Assembly: GCA_040285825.1 (NCBI GenBank) | Contig: JAUPSS010000006.1 | Span: 496,001 to 560,000 of the forward strand | Direction: 5' to 3' | From: Eukaryota sp. TZLM1-RC | Taxonomy: Eukaryota > Protista > Metamonada: BaSk clade | Length of the DNA: 64,000 nt | Shown: positions 63,670 through 64,000 of the stretch, in pieces | How positions within the stretch are numbered: the first letter of the stretch is position 1 | Layout: every line of letters starts with the position of its first letter | Notes under the pieces: model-generated | What the model saw: only the letters and a program-made list of their open reading frames with translations | Database searches by the model: none | Told to the model about the DNA's origin: nothing | Made by a program: the position numbers and the translations under genes

Positions 63670-64000
63670 TTATAGTTCATCAGGATATTTTTTTATAACC
63701 GCATTTCTTGATACTAAATATCCATCCTCAACAATTGGTCGTAAATGTTCAACTAATATAGTTATTCCAATAATTAATGAGGGATCATTAAAATACTCAA
63801 ACATTCTTTCATCATTCAATTTACTAACTTTTTGATCATATCTCTCATATTCAATAATTAGTGAAGTTACCCTACTAACTTCACCATATTTTTTGAAGTT
63901 AGTAGTTCACCATCAACATCTTTAACCACAAAGTATCCTTGATATCTTTTCTTAAGTTTAAGGTTGTATCTAGATTTTGAAGCCTTATATGTAGCATTCT
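63670..64000 (-). pseudogene. DNA ligase copy 3, C-terminal part
   Basis: Matches 57012-57340. Confidence 0.88.

Larger units (their letters stand above)
55349..64000. repeat. Tandem segmental triplication, ~2.86-kb unit (third unit runs off the window)
   Basis: TCAATTTGATCATCGGTTGTCGG at 55349, 58204 and 62007; the second unit is longer by the non-LTR insertion. Confidence 0.97.

Noticed and set aside
1-64000. Fanzor/TnpB, capsid, PolB or rRNA genes
   Set aside because: No RuvC triad, jelly-roll, polymerase or rRNA signatures recognised; a profile search could still find degraded ones

Overview
AT-rich eukaryotic DNA, probably from a protist; the taxon cannot be assigned from sequence alone. 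I found no intact housekeeping gene. The window is a patchwork of 0.1-1.5 kb decayed fragments. Retroelement pieces: Ty3/Gypsy (gag-like, protease, RT, chromodomain-integrase tail) and CRE-like RLE non-LTR retrotransposons, including a young 5'-truncated insertion with a 9-bp TSD and a fragment with RNase H N-terminal to its zinc fingers. DNA-element pieces: a complete non-autonomous Mutator element with TIRs and a 9-bp TSD, and a possible tyrosine-recombinase remnant. Cargo-like gene families: Ulp1-like proteases x3, AMSH-like JAMM x2, telobox-type Myb x4, RING, RCC1, an SF1 helicase tail and two unnamed families. Between these lie six co-oriented copies of a ~1 kb repeat (family A) carrying a bulged hairpin, tRNA T-arm/B-box motifs and a CpG palindrome, plus three satellites (94, ~456 and ~461 bp). 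The last 8.6 kb is a ~2.86-kb tandem triplication carrying a T4-gp30-like ATP-dependent DNA ligase pseudogene and a tightly linked virus-like ORF. All calls come from manual translation and motif recognition; no searches were run.
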